Assembly (NCBI GenBank): GCA_964291215.2 | Contig: OZ219791.1 | Coordinates: forward strand, 3,360,001-3,424,000 | DNA from: Alphaproteobacteria bacterium | Lineage (GTDB): Bacteria > Pseudomonadota > Alphaproteobacteria > MPNO01 > UBA830 | Direction: 5' to 3' | Length of the DNA stretch: 64,000 nt | Shown: one piece after another, positions 55,845-64,000 of the stretch | Position numbering within the stretch: the first letter of the stretch is position 1 | Layout of the letters: the number at the start of each line of letters is the position of its first letter | Program-made: the position numbers and the translations under genes | The notes under the pieces: model-generated | What the model saw: the letters and a program-made list of their open reading frames with translations, nothing else | The model's database searches: none | Told to the model about the DNA's origin: nothing

Positions 55845-57170
55845 TCAGACGTGTTCGGCCGCCCTCGCAAGCGCGCCCAGCATCGCTTCGGGGCTCACGA
55901 ACTTGCGCCGGGGGGCGCCTTCGGGCGCGGCGTCGACCTCGATCTGTTCGATGACCCGCCAGTCCGTGAACGACACTATCCGGGCGCCCCGCCGCTTCAG
56001 CATCATGTCGACCGCCTTGCGGCCCGGCCGCGTTTCTCCGTCCCAATCATCGATGACGAGATCGACCACCGCGAGAGAATCATTCTTGTTGGTGCCGATG
56101 GTGCCGGTGGCGCCGCGCTTGAGCCATCCGACGGCGTAAAGGCGCGATGCGATCCGGCCACCGTCATTGACGACGATTCCGCGCCGTTCATCAAAGGGAA
56201 GTCCGTCGATCGGCTCGGCCCGCGATCCGATGCAGGTCACGGCGAGCTGGCATGCGACCTCGAAATGCTCGCCGGTCCCCGATACCTTGCCGTTCTCGTC
56301 CACGATCGTGCGCTCGAGGCGTACCGCCTCGACCCGGCTGGAGCCCAGAAGTTCAACCGGCGATGAGAAGAACGCGAAATGCACCCGCTTGTCCTTGCCC
56401 GCGGGATCGATGTCGGCGAAGGCCCGCATCGTCTCGACGTTGCGCTGGCGCAGGCGGAGATCGCGGTCCGACATGTAGGGAGCGGAAACGGTCTCCGGGA
56501 AGTGGCCGAGATCGACCGCCGGGAGTGCTTTCTCAAGCTCTCCCATCTCGCGCAGTTCGACATTGGTGAAGGCAGCCTCCACCGGGCCCCGGCGTCCGAA
56601 CATGTAGATGTCCGTGAGCCGCGAGGCGTGGATCGCGTCGGCCGCGTGTGGAACCAGATCGGTGACTGACATCTCGGCCGGAGTCTTGGCGAGCACGCGC
56701 GCCACGTCGAGGGCGACATTGCCGACGCCGATGACGGCGACCGCGTCTACATCGAGATCGGGATTGAGATCAGTGAAGTCGGGATGGCCGTTGTACCAGC
56801 CGACAAAGGCGTTGGAGCCGAACACGTTGGCGAGGTTTTCGCCCGGAATGCCAAGGCGGTTGTCGTGAGGCGCGCCATAGGCCAGCATCACCGAATCATA
56901 GGCGTCGAGCAGTTCAGCAACGCCGATGTCGCGGCCGACCTCGACGTTGCCCAGATAGCGCAGGCGCGGGTTTCCCATGGTACGGTCATAGGCGCGTGCG
57001 ACGCGCTTGGTTTTCTGGTGGTCCGGCGCCACCCCGCCCCGGATCAGGCCGTAGGGGCTGGGCAGGCGTTCGATCACGTCGACAAGACAGTCGGGGTTCT
57101 TGTCGAGCAGGCCTTGTGCAGCATACATGCCGCCAGGACCGGACCCGACGATCGCAACCGTGCGCTTCAT
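55845..57170 (-). CDS. Ferredoxin-NADP+ reductase, FprA/adrenodoxin-reductase type
   Basis: GSGPGG, PYGLIRGGVAPDH, FVGWYNGHP, GVGNVALDVAR, GWLKRGATGTIGTN. Confidence 0.9.
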   Translation of the reverse strand: MKRTVAIVGSGPGGMYAAQGLLDKNPDCLVDVIERLPSPYGLIRGGVAPDHQKTKRVARAYDRTMGNPRLRYLGNVEVGRDIGVAELLDAYDSVMLAYGAPHDNRLGIPGENLANVFGSNAFVGWYNGHPDFTDLNPDLDVDAVAVIGVGNVALDVARVLAKTPAEMSVTDLVPHAADAIHASRLTDIYMFGRRGPVEAAFTNVELREMGELEKALPAVDLGHFPETVSAPYMSDRDLRLRQRNVETMRAFADIDPAGKDKRVHFAFFSSPVELLGSSRVEAVRLERTIVDENGKVSGTGEHFEVACQLAVTCIGSRAEPIDGLPFDERRGIVVNDGGRIASRLYAVGWLKRGATGTIGTNKNDSLAVVDLVIDDWDGETRPGRKAVDMMLKRRGARIVSFTDWRVIEQIEVDAAPEGAPRRKFVSPEAMLGALARAAEHV

Positions 57171-57324
57171 CCGGGGAGCCTCTGGTTTAGGTGTTCTGCG
57201 GCTTTCGGCACCGTTGCGGCGCCCGCACCGCTATCATAACCGGTTATGGAACGCAGAAAAGGGGCCGAGTCGGGCAGCACCGCGGCAGACGCGCCAAGGC
57301 GCCCCGTGGTCCGTGCCCGTGGGG

Positions 57325-58476
57325 TTACCAGAGCTGCCGCGTTGCGATCCGAGCACCTTCGGCCATCGCCTCGAACTTGGCCCAGATTACCGTCGGATGA
57401 ACCTCGGTGTGATAGCAGGCCTGCGACGAAAAGCCGCAATCGCCGCCGGCAAGCACGTTCTCACGGCCGACCAGGTTCGCGTAACGGCCGAGGCGTTCGG
57501 CGATGAGCTCTGGATGCTCGACGATATTGCTCGCATGGGTGATGACACCGGGTATCAGGGCGCAGCCGTCGGGGAGCCTGACATTCTCCCATAGGTGGTA
57601 TTCGTGCTCGTGGCGCGGATTGGCGGCCTCGAAGGAGTAGGAACCGGCCTTGATCTTCAGCATGTACGGCGCCACCTGCGTCATCGGCGCCTCGTGAATC
57701 CGCGGTCCTTCGTTGATGCCGTAACAGGTGTGGTAGCGGATCCTCTCTGCCGGGATGTTGCGCAGCCCGTGGTTCAGGGCCTTGATATAGAGGTTGAGGT
57801 GGCGGTCCTTGCCCGCGTCGTCGAGTTCCGGGTTGACCAACGTGTCACACAGGAACGGATCGTCGATCTGAAGCAGCAGGCCGGCATCGACGATGGCCTC
57901 GTACTCCTCGCGAAGCGCCTCGGCGACCGCCTCCGCAAATTCCTCCTCGCTGGCGTAGTATTCGTTGTGCCCAATGCCTGAGGGCGCCACGGCCGGCATG
58001 AACGCGTCCTCGCACTCGAGGCCTGTGAGCGCCGTCTTGAGGTTGTCGATGTCACGCTGGAGCGCTTCATGCCCCTTGTAGCTCACTGGCCCGATACAGT
58101 GTATGGGGTGCACCGGAACGATAGTGCCGCCCATCATGGCGCGTGCGAAATATTCCTTGTAATATTCTGGAAATGCAGCTACTTCCGCAGCGAAAAGGTT
58201 ATGCCGCTCACCGGTCTGGGCCTCGAATCCGTCGATGCGCTCGGCGATATAGCTGAAGAAGCCGGACTTGGACATTTCGCCGTCGGCGACGACATCGATG
58301 CCGAGATCTGCTTGCTTGCGTACGATTTCACGGACAGCGTCACGGATTTCGCGCTCATGGGCGTCGTTGTCATAGTCCTCGCCGCTCAGCTTCGCCTTCA
58401 TCGCATCGAGCACGGCAACGGTGCGCGGCAGGCTGCCGACATGAGTCGTCAGGATGCGGTTCGGGTTTCCCTGCAC
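57325..58476 (-). CDS. Cobalamin-independent methionine synthase II family protein
   Basis: ILTTHVGSLPR, LLQIDDP, HTCYG, EAANPRHEHE, DCGF. Confidence 0.88.
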   Translation of the reverse strand: MQGNPNRILTTHVGSLPRTVAVLDAMKAKLSGEDYDNDAHEREIRDAVREIVRKQADLGIDVVADGEMSKSGFFSYIAERIDGFEAQTGERHNLFAAEVAAFPEYYKEYFARAMMGGTIVPVHPIHCIGPVSYKGHEALQRDIDNLKTALTGLECEDAFMPAVAPSGIGHNEYYASEEEFAEAVAEALREEYEAIVDAGLLLQIDDPFLCDTLVNPELDDAGKDRHLNLYIKALNHGLRNIPAERIRYHTCYGINEGPRIHEAPMTQVAPYMLKIKAGSYSFEAANPRHEHEYHLWENVRLPDGCALIPGVITHASNIVEHPELIAERLGRYANLVGRENVLAGGDCGFSSQACYHTEVHPTVIWAKFEAMAEGARIATRQLW

Positions 58477-58813
58477 GTGAACCTCTCTCCAGTTTTCCCC
58501 ATTATAGACTACCGGATGCGCCAGGCGACGGATTTCTCCGAAATCGACAACCGTCCGCCCGCGCCTGCTGCTGTTCCGCACGCAGGAACTCCGCCGCCGG
58601 TCGATGCCTTGTGCCGGCACCGGAGATCGCTATCTTCGCAACGTCACGAGCGGCTCCGGGTTGCGCTAGGCATTTCTGCAAATTGGGTCGTGGCTCGAAT
58701 CACCGATGTGGTGAGTAGTGGATCGCGTCCGGCGCCGCGCAGTCGCGGCGACGGGAAAGCAACGGGAAAGAGATGATACGACAGGGCTTTGCGGCGTCGT
58801 CGGATCCGCTCCA

Positions 58814-59353
58814 GTGACGGACGTGTTTTATATGGTCGAGATGGCCTACCCCGACCGCGGCGGGCCGGGTCGCGCCGCCTATGACGACTTCTACGAGCGC
58901 CACATCTCGATGCTCCTGACGATACCGGGCTTTCTTTCAGCGCAGAGATTCGAGTGCCTGGAAGAGGCGCGGGCGCCGTTCCTTGCCGTCTACCGCCTTG
59001 CCGATGTCGAGGTCCTCGAAAGGCCGTCCTATCGGACCAGGGCGGGGCGGCTCTCGGTCCCGGAGGAGTTTCGCGAACGCATGCTGAACTGGGACCGCAA
59101 CTTGCTGCACGGAGAAACCGGCGCCCTCGAGGTGCCATCCGACGATGACGGCCCGGTGTTGACTGTGCTTGATCGCGTCGATTCGTCCGCGCCAGCGCTG
59201 CCGGACGCCTTTTCCGCCCTGGAAGTGATCGGTCTCGACCGCACGATAGCCGAACGCGGCGTTCGCGTTGGCCTGCCTTGGGAACTTGCTGCCGCATCCT
59301 CCTGCACGGTCCGGAATTTCCGGCCCATACACGCCCTCAAGAAACCCGGCTGA
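58814..59353 (+). CDS. Hypothetical protein (EthD/Dabb-like N-terminus)
   Basis: YDDFYERHISMLLTIPGFLSAQRF..PFLAVYRL; start uncertain. Confidence 0.6.
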   Translation: MTDVFYMVEMAYPDRGGPGRAAYDDFYERHISMLLTIPGFLSAQRFECLEEARAPFLAVYRLADVEVLERPSYRTRAGRLSVPEEFRERMLNWDRNLLHGETGALEVPSDDDGPVLTVLDRVDSSAPALPDAFSALEVIGLDRTIAERGVRVGLPWELAAASSCTVRNFRPIHALKKPG

Positions 59354-59402
59354 ATTCGGTCCCCGGTGCGCCGCCCCGACGGCGGCTGCAACCGGGCCGC
59401 GG

Positions 59403-60437
59403 TCACGTTCCTTCGGTCACGGTCCAGGTGCGGCCCTTGCGCAGCATGTCGTTGAGCGAACCCGCGGGCGTCGACGCGCGGATTTCGGCGAGCTGGCTGG
59501 CCACCGCCTCGTCATAGGGCTCGCCCGGATTGCAATAGAGTACGCCGAGGGCGACAGGGAACTCGGGCTGTTCCATGTCGGCGAGCATCATGGCGAGGAT
59601 CCGGTTGCCCTGGTCGTGGACGAGGATGTCGTCCTCGGTGATGCCATTCTCGCCGATCTCGACCACGCGAATACCGAATCCGTCCTCGCTGCGCGCGATC
59701 CCCCTGTTGCCGTCCTTGCCGAAGACGAGCGGCTTTCCGTGCTCGACCGAAATCGTGTTGTCAAGGACCACCGATTTGTTGGTCCAGCCCTCGAACGCGC
59801 CGTCGTTGTAGACGATGCAGTTCTGGATGATCTCGACGAATGATGCCCCCTTGTGGCCATGCGCGGCCTTGAGGACGCCCGGCATGTGTTTCTGGTTGGT
59901 GTCGAAGGTGCGCGCGACGAAGCGGCCGCCGGCGCCGAGCGCGAGGCTGCAGGCGTTGAGGGGCGAATCGACGGAACCCTGGGGAGTCGAGGGCGAGCGC
60001 GTTCCGAGCCGGCTGGTGGGCGAATACTGGCCCTTGGTAAGTCCGTAGATTTCGTTGTTGAAGAGCAGCATGTTGATGTCGACGTTGCGGCGCAACGCGT
60101 GGATGGTGTGGTTGCCGCCGATCGAGAGCGCATCGCCGTCGCCCATCACCAGCCAGATGTCAAGGTCGGGATTGGCGAGTTTGGCGCCCGTGGCCAGCGC
60201 CGGCGCGCGGCCGTGAATGGTGTGGAAGCCGTAGGACGCCATGTAGTAGGGGAAGCGTGCCGCGCAGCCAATGCCGGAGAAGAACACAAGATTCTCGAGC
60301 GGGATCTCAAGCTCGGCCAGGGTGCGATGGACGCCCTTGATGATCGCGTAATCGCCGCAGCCGGGACACCAGCGAACTTCCTGGTCGGAGGCGTAGTCTG
60401 CCGGTCGAAGCTTCTCGACCGGTGTCTGGACGTTCAT
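59403..60437 (-). CDS. korB: 2-oxoacid:ferredoxin oxidoreductase beta subunit
   Basis: WCPGCGD, SGIGCAARFPYY, HGRA, GDGD..IGGNH, YGLTKGQYSPT. Confidence 0.92.
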   Translation of the reverse strand: MNVQTPVEKLRPADYASDQEVRWCPGCGDYAIIKGVHRTLAELEIPLENLVFFSGIGCAARFPYYMASYGFHTIHGRAPALATGAKLANPDLDIWLVMGDGDALSIGGNHTIHALRRNVDINMLLFNNEIYGLTKGQYSPTSRLGTRSPSTPQGSVDSPLNACSLALGAGGRFVARTFDTNQKHMPGVLKAAHGHKGASFVEIIQNCIVYNDGAFEGWTNKSVVLDNTISVEHGKPLVFGKDGNRGIARSEDGFGIRVVEIGENGITEDDILVHDQGNRILAMMLADMEQPEFPVALGVLYCNPGEPYDEAVASQLAEIRASTPAGSLNDMLRKGRTWTVTEGT

Positions 60438-60441
60438 GGCG

Positions 60442-62316
60442 CTATCCTTCCACTCGCTTGCGGATTTCCTGGTCCAGGGTCGAGACCTTGAAGGGTTGTC
60501 CCGATATCTGCGTGATGCTTTCCGCGTCGACCAGATACCTGCTGCGCAGCAGGTGGACCAGCTGGCCGTTGTTCATTTCCGGAACCATGACCCTGTCGAA
60601 CCGCGCAAGCAGCTCTCCGAGATTTGCAGGCAGGGGCCAAATATGGCGGATGTGAATATGCGACACGTCGACGCCGTCGGAGCGGCAGCGCTTGACTGCC
60701 TGGTTGATGGCGCCAAACGTCGAGCCCCAGCCGACCACGGCGAGCCGGCCGCGATCCTCGCCGGTGGCGACTGCCTGTTCGGGAATATCCCGGGTGATGC
60801 CGTCGACCTTGGCCGCGCGCACCTTTGTCATCCGGTGGTGATTGTCCGAATCGTAGGAGATATGGCCGGTGTCGTAGTCCTTCTCGATACCCCCGATCCG
60901 GTGCATCAGGCCTGGTGTTCCGGGAATCGCCCAGTTTCGCGCCAGCGTTTCCTCGTCGCGAAGATAGGGATGGAAGCCCTCCGGGTCGGTGCGGAACGCG
61001 ACCTTGAATTCCGGGATCTCTTCGACATCCGGGATTTCCCATGGCTCGGCGGCGTTGGCGAGATAGCCGTCGGTAAGCAGGATCACCGGCGTCATGTAGG
61101 TAACTGCGAGCCGTACCGCCTCGATCGCCGTCTCGAAGCAGTCGCCGGCGGTAGCCGAGGCGACGACGGGAAGCGGCGTGTCGGCGTTGCGCCCGAACAC
61201 GGCTTGGTTGAGATCCGATTGTTCGGTCTTGGTAGGAAGCCCGGTCGACGGGCCGCCGCGCTGGCTGTTCACGATCACCAGCGGCAGTTCGGCGACCAGA
61301 GCGAGGCCGATCGCTTCGGTCTTGAGAGCGACACCGGGTCCGGATGACGAGGTGACGCCGATGGAACCGGCATAGGAGGCGCCGATCGCCGAGCATACGG
61401 CAGCGATTTCGTCCTCGGCCTGGAAGGTGGTAACTCCGTACTGCTTTAAATTGGTGAGGGTGTGGAGGAGCGCCGAGGCCGGGGTGATCGGGTAGGATCC
61501 GAGGAACAGCGGCAGCCCTGCCTTGTGGGCGCCGGTCACCAACCCCCAGGCGATCGCCTCGGTTCCGGTCACGGCGCGATAGGTGCCGGGCCGCACGTCG
61601 GCGCGGGCGACCTTGTAGGCCCCTGCGCCCGAGGGCAGTTCGACCGTCTCGCCATAGGCGTGGCCGGCATTCAGCGCCGCGATGTTGGCGGAGGCGATGT
61701 GGGAAACCTTGGCGAATCTCTGGTTCACCCAGTCGATGGTCGGCTGCCTGTCGCGGTCGTACATCCAGCACATCAGCCCGAGCGCCCAGAAATTCTTGGC
61801 GCGGGCGGCTTCCTTGGAGGAGACGCCGCAATCGGCGACTGCGGCGTTGGTCAGTTTGTTCATCTCGACCGTGATCACGACGTAGTTGTCGAGAGTCCCG
61901 TCCTCGAGAGGATTGGTGTCATAGACGGCGCGCGCGATGTTGCGGGGAGTGAAGGCGTCGGTGTTGATGACCAGCGTGCCGCCCTTGGGAACGTCCCTGA
62001 GATGGACCTTCAGTGCCGCCGGATTCATCGCGACCAGCACGTCGGGATCGTCTCCGGGCGTCTGGATGTCGTAGGACGCGAAATTGATCTGGAAAGCCGA
62101 CACGCCGAACGTGGTGCCGGCCGGCGCGCGGATCTCGGCGGGAAAGTCGGGAAACGTCGCAAGGTCGTTGCCCATCAGCGCGGTCGACTGGGTGAATTGC
62201 GTGCCGGTCAGCTGCATGCCGTCACCGGAGTCCCCGGCGAACCGGATCACTACGGAATCGAGCGCCTCGCGCTTCCGTTGGGGCGCGACGCCTATCTCAA
62301 CCATGTTCGTAGCCAT
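60442..62316 (-). CDS. korA: 2-oxoacid:ferredoxin oxidoreductase alpha subunit
   Basis: RFAGDSGDGMQLTG, FPAEIRAP, YPITPAS, QAEDEIAA, QRGGPSTGLPTK. Confidence 0.92.
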   Translation of the reverse strand: MATNMVEIGVAPQRKREALDSVVIRFAGDSGDGMQLTGTQFTQSTALMGNDLATFPDFPAEIRAPAGTTFGVSAFQINFASYDIQTPGDDPDVLVAMNPAALKVHLRDVPKGGTLVINTDAFTPRNIARAVYDTNPLEDGTLDNYVVITVEMNKLTNAAVADCGVSSKEAARAKNFWALGLMCWMYDRDRQPTIDWVNQRFAKVSHIASANIAALNAGHAYGETVELPSGAGAYKVARADVRPGTYRAVTGTEAIAWGLVTGAHKAGLPLFLGSYPITPASALLHTLTNLKQYGVTTFQAEDEIAAVCSAIGASYAGSIGVTSSSGPGVALKTEAIGLALVAELPLVIVNSQRGGPSTGLPTKTEQSDLNQAVFGRNADTPLPVVASATAGDCFETAIEAVRLAVTYMTPVILLTDGYLANAAEPWEIPDVEEIPEFKVAFRTDPEGFHPYLRDEETLARNWAIPGTPGLMHRIGGIEKDYDTGHISYDSDNHHRMTKVRAAKVDGITRDIPEQAVATGEDRGRLAVVGWGSTFGAINQAVKRCRSDGVDVSHIHIRHIWPLPANLGELLARFDRVMVPEMNNGQLVHLLRSRYLVDAESITQISGQPFKVSTLDQEIRKRVEG

Positions 62317-62415
62317 GTTTACGTCCGAAACTCCGTGTCAGGATGACGGGCCGGCAAAGACCCGCATCCAAGCTATAGCGCACGGATGGCGGGGTCAAGC
62401 CGCACTGCGATTCGG

Positions 62416-62608
62416 CCCGGTGATCCGATGCTGATTCCGAGACGCGAAATCCGAGTGCGTTGGGGCTCGCGTCATCACAGGTCTCCTTTTGATCGCAATT
62501 TTCCGCGCCGAGCAAGGTCTCATTGAGCCTTGGCGGCACGATTGCAGCGCGACGCAGACCGAAAAATCTCGCCGGTCGCCGCTGGATTAGCAGCGTGAGA
62601 TCGTCGTG
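62416..62608 (-). mobile_element. MITE copy 6
   Basis: Homologous to copy 1; direct repeat cgattcgg at 62408-62415 and 62609-62616. Confidence 0.9.
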
Positions 62609-62704
62609 CGATTCGGCCTAGAGCAAGGGAGCGAGTTTGGAATGTTCCCGACGCCGGTGTATATCAGTCGGGTCCCTTCAATCCCGAAAACGACGCAGCG
62701 CCCG

Positions 62705-63553
62705 ATGTCTTCCTATCTTCGACCCTCCCGTCTCGATGAGGCGCTCGTTGCGCTTGCCGATGGCGAACGGATCATAATTGCCGGAGGCACCGACTTCTAT
62801 CCGGCGAGGGTCGGCCGTCCGCTCGACCATAACATACTCGACGTGACCGGTATGGATTCGCTTCGCGGCATCGACGATCGCGGCGATCACCACCTGATCG
62901 GCGCGCTGACGACCTGGACCGATATCCTCCGCGCCGACCTGCCCGGCTGGTTCCGCACGCTCAAGCTCGCCGCGCGCGAGGTCGGCGGCGTCCAGGTGCA
63001 GAACGCAGGCACCGTTGCCGGAAATCTCTGCAATGCGTCGCCAGCGGCCGACGGGGTTCCCTGCCTGATGGCCATGGACGCGCGCGTGGTTCTGGCCTCG
63101 GCCGGCGCTACGCGCACCCTGGAGCTCCCGGAATTCATTCTCGGCAACCGCCGGACGGCGCGCCGGCCCGACGAGATGGTGATCGGGATCGAGGTGCCCA
63201 AGCCCGTCGGGGAGGCAACGAGCACCTTCATCAAGCTCGGCGCACGGAAGTACCTGGTGATCTCGATCGCCATGGTCGCCGCGGTTCTCGAGCGGGCTGC
63301 CGACGGCACCGTGGCGGGCCTGCGTATCGCCGTCGGGTCCTGCTCGGAGGTGGCCCGGCGCCTTCCCGCCCTTGAACAGGCGTTGGCCGGAAGGCCCGTG
63401 GACGGCCGGCTGGCCGATCACGTCGGCGCCGCCCACGTCGCTCCGCTTTCGCCGATCGACGATGTGCGTGGAACCGCGGAATACAGGATGGATGCGGCAG
63501 TGACGATCGTGCGCCGGGCCGTCGGCGAGCTGGCAAATGGAGAAGCGCGATGA
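62705..63553 (+). CDS. Molybdenum hydroxylase FAD-binding subunit (CoxM-like)
   Basis: AGGTD, IGALTTW, QVQNAGTVAGNLCNASPAAD, PIDDVRGTAEYR. Confidence 0.9.
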   Translation: MSSYLRPSRLDEALVALADGERIIIAGGTDFYPARVGRPLDHNILDVTGMDSLRGIDDRGDHHLIGALTTWTDILRADLPGWFRTLKLAAREVGGVQVQNAGTVAGNLCNASPAADGVPCLMAMDARVVLASAGATRTLELPEFILGNRRTARRPDEMVIGIEVPKPVGEATSTFIKLGARKYLVISIAMVAAVLERAADGTVAGLRIAVGSCSEVARRLPALEQALAGRPVDGRLADHVGAAHVAPLSPIDDVRGTAEYRMDAAVTIVRRAVGELANGEAR

Positions 63554-64000
63554 CGGTTTCGTTTACGCTGAACGGCCGGCCTGCCGAGGTCGCCGTGGAG
63601 CCGGTCAGCCGGCTGGCCAACGTGTTGCGCGATGTCGTCGGCCTTACCGGCACCAAGGTCGGCTGCGATGCCGGCGACTGCGGCGCCTGCACAGTGCTTG
63701 TCGACGGCGAGCAGGTCTGCGCCTGCATGACGCCGGTGGCCCAGGTCGCCGGGCGCGAGGTCACCACCGTGGAGGGCCTGTGCACCGGGGACGGACGGCT
63801 GTCGGCGCTCCAGCAGGCGTTTCACCACCACGGCGCGGCCCAGTGCGGCATATGCACGCCGGGGATGCTGATGGCGGCTGCAAGCCTGTTCCGGGCCAAT
63901 CCCGAACCGTGCCGCGACGAGATACTCGACGCCATGGGCGGCGTACTGTGCCGCTGCACGGGCTATCAGAAGATCGTCGATGCCGTGCATCATGCCGCGC
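63550..64000 (+). CDS. Molybdenum hydroxylase 2Fe-2S subunit or domain (runs off the window)
   Basis: GLTGTKVGCDAGDCGACTV, QCGICTPG, LCRCTGY; not in the ORF track because it is incomplete. Confidence 0.9.
   Translation, partial: MTVSFTLNGRPAEVAVEPVSRLANVLRDVVGLTGTKVGCDAGDCGACTVLVDGEQVCACMTPVAQVAGREVTTVEGLCTGDGRLSALQQAFHHHGAAQCGICTPGMLMAAASLFRANPEPCRDEILDAMGGVLCRCTGYQKIVDAVHHAA

Overview
GC-rich, probably alphaproteobacterial chromosomal window. Intact catabolic and transport genes (arylsulfotransferase + TctAB/TctC, liv ABC operon, two DUF1989 proteins, cyclase/SDR/BKACE cluster, nadC, UbiD, gcdH, CaiB, FprA, korAB, Mo-hydroxylase subunits) alternate with many mostly dead toxin-antitoxin modules and nested mobile DNA (IS256, 2x IS630, IS1634, ISAs1, IS110, IS30, two cargo-carrying IS66 types, a group II intron, six copies of a ~190-bp MITE). 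Main observations: (1) mobile elements are eroded by dense 3-20 nt deletions, and four IS66 copies share these deletions in a mosaic no single tree explains, suggesting a repeat-directed deletion or conversion process (assembly artefact not excluded); (2) an IS110 element whose bridge-RNA-like loops match both of its own junctions; (3) a structured MITE family with target duplications and covariation; (4) a phnN-NMP phosphorylase fusion downstream of nadC split by an 11-kb IS630 nest. Family assignments come from recalled motifs, not database searches.
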